Assembly (NCBI GenBank): GCA_037380845.1
Contig: JARRRI010000011.1
Span: 1-60,598, forward strand
Reading direction: 5' to 3'
Length of the DNA: 60,598 nt
Origin: Candidatus Sulfobium sp.
GTDB taxonomy: Bacteria > Nitrospirota > Thermodesulfovibrionia > Thermodesulfovibrionales > UBA6898
The number at the start of each line of letters is the position of its first letter. Positions within the stretch are counted from its first letter, which is position 1. Both the position numbers and the translations under genes were made by a program. This document shows, in pieces, positions 29,238 through 38,985 of this stretch. Below the pieces are notes generated by a model that ran no database searches, was not told the origin of the DNA, and saw nothing but the letters and a program-made list of their open reading frames with translations.

Positions 29238-30044
29238 ATGAGAACCGCAATCGTTCTGGTATTAGTACTGCTTTACCCGTGTGCCGCTCACGCGCAACCT
29301 GCAGACCGGAAGGGTCCGCAAAAACATTACAAGGAGAGTTCTTTTAAGGTAACGGACAATGGACTGTTCGGCGTGGAACTGATTGTAAAAGGAGGTAAGC
29401 TGAAGGTAGGCTCAAACAGTATCGACTTGATCATCCATGACGAGAACGATAAGGACGTAAAGGGAGCGGAACTTACCGTAACGCCATGGATGCCGTCCAT
29501 GGGACACGGCGTCGTCGAGAAACCGGTGATCATGGAACGCGGCGGCGGAGTTTACAGCGTAAACAATATCGATCTTGTCACGGGTGGGCACTGGGAACTC
29601 AAAATCCGGATAAAAAGCGACGGGATGGAAGATAACACGATATTCGATTTCCCCGACATAAAGGGCGGTCATATGCACATGACAACCGGAAGACCGTCAA
29701 ATCTTGATCTGTCCCGGACAAGATTCTCCGCCCATAAGATATTCAAGGTTTCGTTTACGAGCAGGCTCGATCCCGTGGTGATAAACAGATTGCACAGCTG
29801 GGAGTTGAAAGTCGAAACGCCGGATGGGATGCCCGTGAACGGGGCAGTAATCAATATTGGCGGGGGTATGCCCCAACACGGACACGGCCTTCCCACCGAG
29901 CCCGCCGTTACTCAGGAACTCGGGAACGGGAGATATCTCGTCGGGGGGATGAAGTTCAGCATGCCGGGCTGGTGGGTGGTGAGTTTTCACATACAGACGA
30001 AAGATAAAGAGGATACCGTGACCTTTAATCTTCTGCTGGAATAG
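29238..30044 (+). CDS. exported tandem YtkA/FixH-like domain protein
   Basis: signal peptide; two repeats with MPSMGHG / MPQHGHG and GxW motifs. Confidence 0.75.
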   Translation: MRTAIVLVLVLLYPCAAHAQPADRKGPQKHYKESSFKVTDNGLFGVELIVKGGKLKVGSNSIDLIIHDENDKDVKGAELTVTPWMPSMGHGVVEKPVIMERGGGVYSVNNIDLVTGGHWELKIRIKSDGMEDNTIFDFPDIKGGHMHMTTGRPSNLDLSRTRFSAHKIFKVSFTSRLDPVVINRLHSWELKVETPDGMPVNGAVINIGGGMPQHGHGLPTEPAVTQELGNGRYLVGGMKFSMPGWWVVSFHIQTKDKEDTVTFNLLLE

Positions 30045-30046
30045 TA

Positions 30047-31351
30047 ATGGCTTTCTTTCCGCTCTCTCAAATCCGCGCTCACGCCCCGGGAATGCGAGGC
30101 AGGCGGTCAGCCGCTTTTTGTCTCATCTCGATCGCAGCCCTTCTCCCGGTTTTAATTTGCACCTCTGGTAACGCGTGGCCGGCCGATCTGAATGCCTGGA
30201 ATGAGAAAGATATCGGAGTTCTTCGTTCACTCTGGATCGGCTCTTTGCCGCCGCTGCCGAAAGACCCTTCAAACGCTTATTCGGACAACCCAAAGGCAGC
30301 AGAGCTGGGCAGAAGCTTCTTTTTCGATAACCGCTTCAGCGGAAACGCGAAGGTCTCCTGCGCCACCTGCCACCGCCCCGATATGAACTTTACCGACGAT
30401 CTGCCGGTGGCCCACGGCATGGGGAACGGCATGAGAAGAACAATGCCTCTCATCGGCGTTGCCTACAACGCCTGGTTTTTCTGGGACGGCAGGAAAGACA
30501 GCCTCTGGTCCCAGGCGCTGGCACCGATCGAAAATCCGCGTGAGCACGGATTCACCAGGACGCAATGCGTCTCCGTGATCCGCAAATATTATCGTAAGGA
30601 GTACGAGGAAATCTTCGGCCCGATGCCGGAGCTTTCCGAAAAGGATTTGCCGCTCGAGGCAGAACCGTCACCGGAAAACCCGGCCGCACTAAAAAAATGG
30701 CTGTTCCTGCCTCGCGAAAACAGAGATTCGATAAACCGCATTTATGCAAACATGGGAAAGGCGATCGCCGCTTTTGTGAGAACAATTCTTCCAGGGGAAT
30801 CCCGTTTCGACCGCTACGTTGAAGCACTCCTCAAGGGCGACAGAAAAACAATGGAACACACGCTTTCCGCCGACGAAGTGATGGGACTCAGGCTCTTTAT
30901 CGGAAAGGCCCGATGCATCAACTGCCACAACGGCCCTCTCTTCTCCGACGGCGATTTTCAGGTTATCCATGTGCCCGATCCCGCCGGCATGCCCCACGAC
31001 AGAGGCAGGGCGGACGCCATCCCGCAGGTGCTCATGGACGAGTTCAACTGCGCCGGCCCGTACAGCGATGCGCAGCCTGGAGACTGCGGAGAACTTCGTT
31101 TCATGAATACCGACGCCGCCGCATATGTCGGTGCCTTCAAGTCTCCGACGCTGAGGAACGTAGCGGAGAGGCCCCCCTACATGCACGCCGGTCAGTTTGC
31201 CACACTGCGGCGGGTCCTCGAATTCTACCGCGACCTTAAACCGGAACAGCGGACTCCCCAGCTCAACCACGGCGAACTGACCGATCTTGAACTCGATCAG
31301 ATCGGGGCATTCCTTCGCACCCTCAGCGGTCCCGTGAAAATCAGGAAGTAA
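30047..31351 (+). CDS. diheme cytochrome c peroxidase / MauG family protein
   Basis: CATCH, CINCH, FWDGR, FKSPTLRNV, PYMHAG. Confidence 0.9.
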   Translation: MAFFPLSQIRAHAPGMRGRRSAAFCLISIAALLPVLICTSGNAWPADLNAWNEKDIGVLRSLWIGSLPPLPKDPSNAYSDNPKAAELGRSFFFDNRFSGNAKVSCATCHRPDMNFTDDLPVAHGMGNGMRRTMPLIGVAYNAWFFWDGRKDSLWSQALAPIENPREHGFTRTQCVSVIRKYYRKEYEEIFGPMPELSEKDLPLEAEPSPENPAALKKWLFLPRENRDSINRIYANMGKAIAAFVRTILPGESRFDRYVEALLKGDRKTMEHTLSADEVMGLRLFIGKARCINCHNGPLFSDGDFQVIHVPDPAGMPHDRGRADAIPQVLMDEFNCAGPYSDAQPGDCGELRFMNTDAAAYVGAFKSPTLRNVAERPPYMHAGQFATLRRVLEFYRDLKPEQRTPQLNHGELTDLELDQIGAFLRTLSGPVKIRK

Positions 31352-31477
31352 TAAGCTAGAGCTAAATGAACGAGGGGACGTTGTGGCACCCGTTGCGTTC
31401 CAGTGAGGTCGGCAAGGCAAAGAACGTCAGTGGGGTCAGAACGTAAACGAGGTCACCCGGGAGACCTTGTCAAAAAA

Positions 31478-31507
31478 TGGTTTCCCGATTACTACCCCGG
31501 GAATGAC
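31478..31507. repeat. REP/RPE-like repeat, copy B (core)
   Basis: tggtttcccgattactaccccgggaatgac, 28/30 identical to 33332-33361. Confidence 0.75.
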
Positions 31508-31539
31508 GAAGCCGACCAGGACTTTTGCAATGTTAACTT

Positions 31540-32421
31540 CTACCACACCAGGTTAAGGGCGTTTTTTACGGCGAATATCCTGGCCGGGGTCATTCCCAGG
31601 TAGTCGCCGTCTATCTGCACATGCACCCTTCCCCGCACTTCGAGTCCCGAGGACCTCACGTACTCTACGTCGGAATATACCAAGTGGGTGCCTTTCGCTA
31701 TGCCGATAAAGTATCGCAGGATGTCGGTGCGGTTCCTGCCCCTGAAAATGCAGGTGTAAAGAAAAGGGTCCAGTAGGTTCGCATCCGGAGTTATCCTGAA
31801 GTTTCCGCCGTACTTGCTCGATTTACCCACCACCGCCGAATAACACCTGAACTCCCTGTCCTCAGTCCTGATTACGATTTCTCCCGGCGGATACTCAAGC
31901 ATGCTTTTCATCCCGCTCAATATGTAGGCCGTCTTCCCCGAAATCTTCTTGATGGACGTGTTTACGTCGTGGACCGCCTTCCCGTCAAACCCCAGACCCG
32001 CCATTAAACAGAAGTACCTGCCTGCCGCATGTCCGCCCTCCCCCGTCTCGATCTTTCCGAGGGAGACCCTCCTTGGCCGGCCGCCCACCGCCCTTTCAAG
32101 CGACCCCGTTACATTCTCCGGAATCCCCAATTCCTTGGCAAGGACATTGGTCGTCCCCATGGGCAGTATTGCCAGAGGCGTAGCGGAAAAGACCATCCCG
32201 TTCATCACCTCGTTGATCGTCCCGTCGCCGCCGGCGGCTATTATCAGGTCAGGATCCTTCTTCAGGCACTCCCTCGCGAGGTCCTCGGCGTGTCCGCTCT
32301 TTTCCGTCAAAAGCACTTCGGAGGAGAACCCTTTCTCTTCAAGAAACTCCTGCGCCCGCTTTATCTTCCGGGCCGAGGCCCTCAGAGCGGCCGGATTATA
32401 AATCAGGACCGATGATTTCAT
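31540..32421 (-). CDS. diacylglycerol kinase family lipid kinase
   Basis: YNP, GGDGTINE, PMGTTN, QIDGD. Confidence 0.92.
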   Translation of the reverse strand: MKSSVLIYNPAALRASARKIKRAQEFLEEKGFSSEVLLTEKSGHAEDLARECLKKDPDLIIAAGGDGTINEVMNGMVFSATPLAILPMGTTNVLAKELGIPENVTGSLERAVGGRPRRVSLGKIETGEGGHAAGRYFCLMAGLGFDGKAVHDVNTSIKKISGKTAYILSGMKSMLEYPPGEIVIRTEDREFRCYSAVVGKSSKYGGNFRITPDANLLDPFLYTCIFRGRNRTDILRYFIGIAKGTHLVYSDVEYVRSSGLEVRGRVHVQIDGDYLGMTPARIFAVKNALNLVW

Positions 32422-33217
32422 CTATCGAAAGCGTCCCCATTAATTCTCCGGTCTCACTTATAAGGACGGGAAACTTTTCCAGGAATTCCATGGTCTTTTC
32501 CACGTCCGAGCCTTCTTCGACAAAAAATACCCTGCCGCCCTGCCGGCTTCCCCCACTTTTTATACAGGGTATCCTCAGATAGCCAAACCTCCGCGAGGCT
32601 ACGTACCCGGTCGTATAATCCGGGTCGTCGGAGATACAGACTTCCGCTGTTACATTCCGGCATTGCGCCACCTTTGTGGCAAGGATGATTGCCTCTCTCA
32701 CCGTAGTCGTATCGATGCCCTCTTTAACAAGTCTCCTCGACAAACTCCTCTCCGCTTGCCTTGTAATCCCCAGCCTCGATGCACGCACGCCCCTCACCTT
32801 GTCCGGTTCCAGCCTTCCTCCCGATATCGCAGAAACGAGCGACGCCCCGCGCATTGTCCCGGTCCTCAGCACCTTTTCTGCGGTGCGGACAGCCGCACCC
32901 GAAACACCCGCCTCCGCCAGTATGCGCCTTATGATCTTCCTGGCCGCCGGTGGTGCATTGCATTTTACGGTCCTTACCGGGAGGGCCTGGACCATACGGG
33001 GTTTGCGGGAGACTTTTTCGACCGTCACCACTATCGTGTCCGGGAGACCCCTGGGATGATTCAGCGCCCGTGAGACGTAACTTTCGATCGCCCCATGTCT
33101 CTCGACGTCTTCATATATCCCCTCGGCCCCGGAGATGTGTACCTCCCCGCCGCATCGTCCCTTGCCCTTCCGCGACGCCCTCATCCTTATATTAAGCATT
33201 TGCAGCCCCTGTTCCAC
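32396..33217 (-). CDS. bioW: 6-carboxyhexanoate (pimelate)-CoA ligase
   Basis: RMRAS, HISGAE, RGVRAS, SDDPDYTTGY. Confidence 0.9.
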   Translation of the reverse strand: MEQGLQMLNIRMRASRKGKGRCGGEVHISGAEGIYEDVERHGAIESYVSRALNHPRGLPDTIVVTVEKVSRKPRMVQALPVRTVKCNAPPAARKIIRRILAEAGVSGAAVRTAEKVLRTGTMRGASLVSAISGGRLEPDKVRGVRASRLGITRQAERSLSRRLVKEGIDTTTVREAIILATKVAQCRNVTAEVCISDDPDYTTGYVASRRFGYLRIPCIKSGGSRQGGRVFFVEEGSDVEKTMEFLEKFPVLISETGELMGTLSIDEIIGPDL

Positions 33218-33290
33218 AGTCCGCCTACCTCATACAACAATTTTTCCTCCAGCTCACAATCAGGAATATTATTAACGCCATTAATCACAT

Positions 33291-33361
33291 GTCATATCCG
33301 CGAAGGCGGGTATCCAGGTTCCCTTAAAGAATGGATTCCCGATTACTACCTCGGGAATGAC
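33291..33361. repeat. REP/RPE-like repeat, copy C
   Basis: gtcatatccgcgaaggcgggtatcca...tggattcccgattactacctcgggaatgac. Confidence 0.75.
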
Positions 33362-33429
33362 GGTGTACAAGCATTTCCGGTCAATGACTACCAAAACTTA
33401 TATTATGAGACTTTCATTATGCAGTGGCT

Positions 33430-34395
33430 TTATCTCCTGTATCTGAGACCATGACTCTCAATGAGCCTGAGATCGTCCCCGAAATTTCTTCCGGCAGTAG
33501 TAAGGTAATTGCCCGTCAGAAGGCCGTCGGCGCCGGCAGAAAAGATGAAAGAATGGAAGTCGCCGAGGGTCTGCATCCGGCCTCCGCATACCCTTATCTC
33601 CTTGTCGGGAAGGATGAACCGGTAAACGCTTATTATCTTTAATGCCTCAAACGGCTCAAGCGGGTTCACGGACCCCAGCTTGGTTCCCTTAACAGGTATA
33701 AGAAAGTTTATCGGTACGGAGTCCGGCCCGCTCCGGCGCAGGGCAAGAGCCATATCGACCCTGTCCTCCCAACTCTCTCCTATGCCGAAAATCCCACCGG
33801 AACAGAGCGAAAGCCCCGAGGACTTAACGGCGCCAATAGTCGTCACCTTGTCCTGATAGGTGTGGGTCGTGCATATTTCGGGGAAAAACCGCTCGGACGT
33901 CTCAAGGTTGTGGTGATAGCGCTCCAGCCCCGAATCCCTCAGCAGCTCAAGCTCCTCCTCAGACAAAAGGCCGAGAGTTGCACAGGGCAGAAGTCCCAGC
34001 GACCTGACCTTCCCGACCATAGACGCAATTCGCTCCATGTCCCGGCCCGCTACTTTTCTGCCGCTGGTAACAATACAGAAACGCCGGGCGCCGCCCGCGC
34101 GCGCCTCACGCGCCTTTTCGAGAATCACCTCATCTTCCAGCAGGGGAAAGTGATCGATGCTTGCCGAACTCCTCGACGACTGGGCACAGTATGAACAGTC
34201 TTCAGGGCATCCGCCTGATTTGGCGTTTACGATGGCGCAGAGATCGACATACTCCCCCCTGAACCTGCCTCTTATCGCATTGGCGGCAGCGAAGAGATCA
34301 ACGCACTCGGCCATACCGACAGAAGAAATGCTTAATGCCTCATCCCTTGAAATCTCTCCTCCGCCCAGGATCTTTTCTTTAAGAGCGCTAATCAT
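33430..34395 (-). CDS. bioB: biotin synthase
   Basis: CPEDCSYCAQS, YHHNLET, SVPINFL, GNYLTT. Confidence 0.96.
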   Translation of the reverse strand: MISALKEKILGGGEISRDEALSISSVGMAECVDLFAAANAIRGRFRGEYVDLCAIVNAKSGGCPEDCSYCAQSSRSSASIDHFPLLEDEVILEKAREARAGGARRFCIVTSGRKVAGRDMERIASMVGKVRSLGLLPCATLGLLSEEELELLRDSGLERYHHNLETSERFFPEICTTHTYQDKVTTIGAVKSSGLSLCSGGIFGIGESWEDRVDMALALRRSGPDSVPINFLIPVKGTKLGSVNPLEPFEALKIISVYRFILPDKEIRVCGGRMQTLGDFHSFIFSAGADGLLTGNYLTTAGRNFGDDLRLIESHGLRYRR

Positions 34396-34468
34396 CGAAA
34401 TATTTTCACAAGAAGTTCTGCGGAAAGTCAATTTGAAGACAGCCGTTGTCCGGACTTTAAACGCGGGA

Positions 34469-34747
34469 TCAATACCTTACTTCAAATCCCTTTAGATCCC
34501 CTGAATAGTCCTCCCAGGTGACGTCCACATCCCTGACATAGGAACCCGGGGGTCCTTTCTTACACTCCAGAACAGCCTGCTCGATAGGCGTCCTGTCACC
34601 CTCAAAGACCGCCTCCACCCGCCCGTCATAGAGGTTGCGGACCCATCCGTTGAGCGCAAGTTTCATCGCAATACTCCTCGTAAACGCCCTGAAGAAGACC
34701 CCCTGGACCCTTCCTTCGATCAGTAGATGAACCCGCGCCGCGTCCAT
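34469..34747 (-). CDS. acyP: acylphosphatase
   Basis: GRVQGVFFR, GWVRN. Confidence 0.95.
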   Translation of the reverse strand: MDAARVHLLIEGRVQGVFFRAFTRSIAMKLALNGWVRNLYDGRVEAVFEGDRTPIEQAVLECKKGPPGSYVRDVDVTWEDYSGDLKGFEVRY

Positions 34748-34844
34748 AGCGCTATTATATCAAAAGCTTTTCCCTGCTTCAGGGAGATAGTTGTGCAGTG
34801 TTAATCTCAATATTGTTTGAGTGTCTTTGTTTGAGTAGCAACGT

Positions 34845-35669
34845 CTATTTTTGCTCCTTCAGGGCCGGCAGCTTACTGATCGCGCCATACATGTCCTGCA
34901 GGTCACCGGTGACGGTATCAAGGTCGAACTTGTGCCAGTCCAGTTTCGCCGAGTGCAGATATGACTGTGCGTTTCTCAGCGCGGCGGTGACTTCTTTGCC
35001 CGCCTTGTGTTCATAAAGACTTTTCTCTGCATCGAAAAGCGCCTCGCTCACCTTTAGTGAAAGCAGCACCGCTTTTGCCTTCTGAGGTATGTAAGGGAAG
35101 ATGCCCATCCTTTCGTTATGGCACCGCTCGCAGACTGCCGCCACAGTGTCCGGCTGTAAAACTGTTGTGACCATCGACCCATGACATGTTACGCAGTCCG
35201 GGCCCTGCCCGGTTGACTCCAGCCTCCTGAAGTGAAGGCTCTGGGTAAATTTGTAAAACTCGGCTCCATGGCATTTACCACAGGTCGCCGGGACGTTCTT
35301 GTAATAAACGGTACTCTTCGGATTGCTCGACCCGTAGACGCCCACGTGCGCCTCCTTCTCGCTGGTTGCCTGCGGATTTCCGCCATGACATTTGTCGCAC
35401 GTCACGCCGTTTTTCTGATGTATGGAGCCCTTCCAGCTATGGGACTTCACTCCCACAAAGCTCGTGCCCGGCAGACGGGAGTGGCAGTGCACGCATGAAT
35501 TCTCAACTTTTTCCTTGCCGGTGGCATTGGCCGGTCCCGGGAAAAACAAAACGGCACACGAGATGATACAGCATATCGACAATGCGCAAAGCGCAGCTAA
35601 ACGGGTTGACGTGAGCGACCTTGACCTCCTTGCGTTTGCCTTCCGGATTATATGGTCTATTTCAGACAT
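34845..35669 (-). CDS. pentaheme cytochrome c
   Basis: five CxxCH motifs, signal peptide. Confidence 0.88.
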   Translation of the reverse strand: MSEIDHIIRKANARRSRSLTSTRLAALCALSICCIISCAVLFFPGPANATGKEKVENSCVHCHSRLPGTSFVGVKSHSWKGSIHQKNGVTCDKCHGGNPQATSEKEAHVGVYGSSNPKSTVYYKNVPATCGKCHGAEFYKFTQSLHFRRLESTGQGPDCVTCHGSMVTTVLQPDTVAAVCERCHNERMGIFPYIPQKAKAVLLSLKVSEALFDAEKSLYEHKAGKEVTAALRNAQSYLHSAKLDWHKFDLDTVTGDLQDMYGAISKLPALKEQK

Positions 35670-35671
35670 GG

Positions 35672-36916
35672 CTACCTCTCTTTTCCTTTCTTGTTAAACA
35701 GTCTCAGCAGTGCATAGGAAACGGCCCACGCCGCCAGGGTGGCCAGTATGGTATAGACCGTCATTGTCCGGGGCGTTATGTGAAGTACGTCAATGTAGCC
35801 CGCCACGACGGTCATGCACATGAAAACGCCTCCCCCTATTCCGAATGACGTCATGAAGGGACGGCGGAGCGGGTTCGATATATAATGCTGAGGTTCTCCC
35901 GACCTGTCAAAAAATGGTATAAGTGCAAAAACAAGGAACAAAAATGCGGGGAAAATGACACCGCCGATCGTTTCAGGCGTAATCTTCCCTCCGGCAATGG
36001 AAAATGACAGGTCACCCGGAACGAGTTTCAGAAAGCCGTAGACGATCAGAAAATACCAGTCCGGTCTCATAACCGGCGTACCCGGCGACGGCGGCCCGTA
36101 TTTCTCTATGGGATTGAGCGGGATATAGGTTGCGACCAGGGCGATAATGAACAGCAGGAACAGGTAAAAAGACAGGCTGATGACGGTCTGCTCCGGCCAG
36201 ATCGGGACACCTATGAGCCTCTTGCCCCCCCGGGCCTCCTTTCGATACCGGTTCGACGACGGTTCCGTGTGTTTCTGTTTTATGAGAATCACCATGTGAA
36301 GCACGATAAGGCCTATGATAATCGAAGGTATCAGCATGACATGCATGAAGAAGAAGCGCGGGACGGTACCGGCCGACGGGAACTCGCCCGCAAAGAGCAG
36401 TCTGGATATCCAGCCGCCAATCCAGGGAATGGACTTGGAGATGTAATAGGCTATGGAAGTAGCGGTCACTGAAAACTGGCTGTAGGGCAAAAGGTAGCCG
36501 GTAAAAGCCGCAACCATTGCCATTCCCCACAATGCGAGACCTACCAGCCAGTTGATCTCCCTCGGCTTTCGGTATGCCGCCGTAAAATAGATCCTCATGA
36601 GATGGGCGATGATGGCTGCTATCATCACCATGGCCGACCAGTGATGAATGCGGCGGACGATCATGCCCATGGGGAGAAGGTCTATCTTCACGACGCTGGC
36701 GTAGGCGGAGGGGACCTTCGCTCCAAAGAGGGAGACCATTTTCGTTGAGGGCTCATAGAGAAACCCGAGGAAGATGCCTGTTATGACCAGCGTAATAAAG
36801 GAAAACAGCGCGATTTCTCCAAGCAGGAATGTGGGATGAGTCGGGAACGTCTTGGACAGAAACTTGTCCTTGAATTTTCCGAGATCCAGCCTTTCATCAA
36901 GCCACCTGTAAATCAT
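35672..36916 (-). CDS. cytochrome b of a Rieske/cytochrome b complex (subunit IV fused)
   Basis: RRIHHW, AHLMR, KPREINW, FFMHV..LHM, PDWYF. Confidence 0.92.
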   Translation of the reverse strand: MIYRWLDERLDLGKFKDKFLSKTFPTHPTFLLGEIALFSFITLVITGIFLGFLYEPSTKMVSLFGAKVPSAYASVVKIDLLPMGMIVRRIHHWSAMVMIAAIIAHLMRIYFTAAYRKPREINWLVGLALWGMAMVAAFTGYLLPYSQFSVTATSIAYYISKSIPWIGGWISRLLFAGEFPSAGTVPRFFFMHVMLIPSIIIGLIVLHMVILIKQKHTEPSSNRYRKEARGGKRLIGVPIWPEQTVISLSFYLFLLFIIALVATYIPLNPIEKYGPPSPGTPVMRPDWYFLIVYGFLKLVPGDLSFSIAGGKITPETIGGVIFPAFLFLVFALIPFFDRSGEPQHYISNPLRRPFMTSFGIGGGVFMCMTVVAGYIDVLHITPRTMTVYTILATLAAWAVSYALLRLFNKKGKER

Positions 36917-36926
36917 TTGTCCGACC

Positions 36927-37541
36927 TCATACCTGGGGTCCTATGGGACCCGTAAAATTACCCGTAAAGACGAGAGAGCCGTCACCTGTCACCTTGACGC
37001 CGATCTGTGCAAGAGGGATCGGCGCGGGTCCCCCCATGACCTTGGCCCCTTCAGCGGGATCGAATATGCTGTTGTGACAGAAGCATTCCGTATAGGAAGC
37101 ATCGGGAGACTTCTGGTTCCGGACCCACGAAACGGTGCAGCCGAGATGAGTACATATGGCGCTGTAAGCAACAAAGCCGTGGTCCGTAAGGTCGATTTTG
37201 GTAGGCGGCTTATATTCATCTTCCTTCAGTTTTATCAGCTGGACCAGATTGGCCGGGTTGGATGTCTTGCCCGCCGGATAGACAAGCATTGCGTCACCCA
37301 CCTTAAAAGCGGACGCCTTCACAGCGGCCCCCATGGCGTCGCCCTTCGCATGAACGAGCTTGTCGCCCGGACTGATAGTTGATACGTAGCCGCCGCCCTT
37401 TTTCTCCGGGGACAGTACCTTCAGCAGCGAAAATACCGATGCCAGCGCGCCGGCCGCAGAGGCGATAAGTATGCCGAGGGTAAACCTTCTCCGGGTTATG
37501 CCTTTTATTTCTTCCCTGCTGCCGGCATTTCCTTCTACCAT
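36927..37541 (-). CDS. Rieske 2Fe-2S subunit
   Basis: Tat-like TRRRF, CTHLGC, CFCHNS. Confidence 0.92.
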   Translation of the reverse strand: MVEGNAGSREEIKGITRRRFTLGILIASAAGALASVFSLLKVLSPEKKGGGYVSTISPGDKLVHAKGDAMGAAVKASAFKVGDAMLVYPAGKTSNPANLVQLIKLKEDEYKPPTKIDLTDHGFVAYSAICTHLGCTVSWVRNQKSPDASYTECFCHNSIFDPAEGAKVMGGPAPIPLAQIGVKVTGDGSLVFTGNFTGPIGPQV

Positions 37542-37798
37542 AGCAACTCCTCCTCGCGGTCTTCCGATACCTCCCTGAAGGCAATAAAATATCGTGAAAA
37601 CAGAACCACTTCGATGCCCGCGATCAGAAACTCAAAGGCAAGCAGGGTGCCTAGAATGTAATTGTTCCCCTTCCCGGATATCAACAGATAAGCAAAGAGA
37701 ATCCCCATTCCTAGGAGCACAAGGGCAAGGAGGATCACCACCACCATGGCCACCGCCGGATACGAAGGCTTCTTCTCCTGAATGATCTCAAAGCTCAT
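37535..37798 (-). CDS. small two-TM membrane protein
   Basis: two hydrophobic helices; overlaps the Rieske start. Confidence 0.7.
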   Translation of the reverse strand: MSFEIIQEKKPSYPAVAMVVVILLALVLLGMGILFAYLLISGKGNNYILGTLLAFEFLIAGIEVVLFSRYFIAFREVSEDREEELLW

Positions 37799-37902
37799 AC
37801 TGTCTCTCCCTCGCTTGCATTATTAATCGACAATTAATGCAATGCCTCATAAAAAGTAATGTTATCGATCGCGCCTGGCAGACTGTATAAATGCCTCAGT
37901 TT

Positions 37903-37974
37903 GTCATTCCGGCCTGTCCGGAATCTTTCTGACCGCTCACAAGGATTCCCGGCGCGCCATGCTTGCGGCATGAC
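37903..37974. repeat. REP/RPE-like repeat, degenerate copy D
   Basis: gtcattccggcctgtccggaatc...ggattcccgg...gcatgac. Confidence 0.55.
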
Positions 37975-38047
37975 AACTTCAAGCTTTCTCGCTGCCAGAG
38001 TACTAATTGCGCTAAAAGATGGCATGCCTGCTCCAGGCTTCGCCCCA

Positions 38048-38776
38048 TCAGGGTTTCCTCTTCTCCAGTGTGACATACACCAGATATCCCATAATAAAGA
38101 TGACGATCACCACGCCGAATGCTATAAAACCTATCTGAAATGAGCCCAGTTCCTCCGGAAACTCCGGGGCCAGCGGAGGTCTTTTCCCCCTCGCCTTCTC
38201 CTCGGCAAGCCTTATCCTGATCCCGGATAACTCGTTCAGCGTTGATTCCGTCACGTTCATCGGGTCCATACGGTCAAATCCGGTTGTGTCCTTGTGACAG
38301 TTTTCACACACCTTCGGGACCGAAGGTATGACATTGTTGTGGGCGTTGTGACAGGTGACACAGGACGGCCCGCCCCTGTTGCCGAGATAAGCCTTGCCCA
38401 TAATGCTGCCGGCATACCTGTCAACGGAAGCACTGTGGCACTGTCCGCACAGATCAAACATTGCCTTACCCGAAGGTTTGCCTATAAAACCGTGGGATTT
38501 CGACATTGCCCGGGCCTGTATGTCCGCAAATTGTTTGGGGGAAAGCTTGTCTATATCCGCCAGATTGATACTCGCATCTCCCCCGTGGCAAAGGTCGCAG
38601 GTAATGCCGTTCTGCTCGTGGATCGACGTCTTCCATTCCTTGACCGGTTCGGCAAGTTGCCCTCCAAGATATTCGTGACAGGTGATGCAGGCGTTTGGAG
38701 CATCCCGGGCGAGCGCACCAGCCGCGAACATAAGTACCATGAGAGACAGAAACATTGCACAGCCATATGTCTTCAA
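38048..38776 (-). CDS. membrane-anchored pentaheme cytochrome c
   Basis: five CxxCH motifs, N-terminal signal, C-terminal TM helix. Confidence 0.88.
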   Translation of the reverse strand: MKTYGCAMFLSLMVLMFAAGALARDAPNACITCHEYLGGQLAEPVKEWKTSIHEQNGITCDLCHGGDASINLADIDKLSPKQFADIQARAMSKSHGFIGKPSGKAMFDLCGQCHSASVDRYAGSIMGKAYLGNRGGPSCVTCHNAHNNVIPSVPKVCENCHKDTTGFDRMDPMNVTESTLNELSGIRIRLAEEKARGKRPPLAPEFPEELGSFQIGFIAFGVVIVIFIMGYLVYVTLEKRKP

Positions 38777-38985
38777 TGTCGACTCCTCAATTTATGAGAA
38801 TCGCCAGGGCCGGGCCCTGCATTCTTCCCCGTGCCGGGTAATAAAATCATCTCACATTATATTACTGTTGGCAAGACAAGCCGGACGCGTGAGTTACCGG
38901 ATTCGCCGGGGGGCTGCATAAGGCAGGAATCTGACACACATTGAAAAAACAGGGGAAAGTAACCGCAGAACGCGGTATATCGTGA

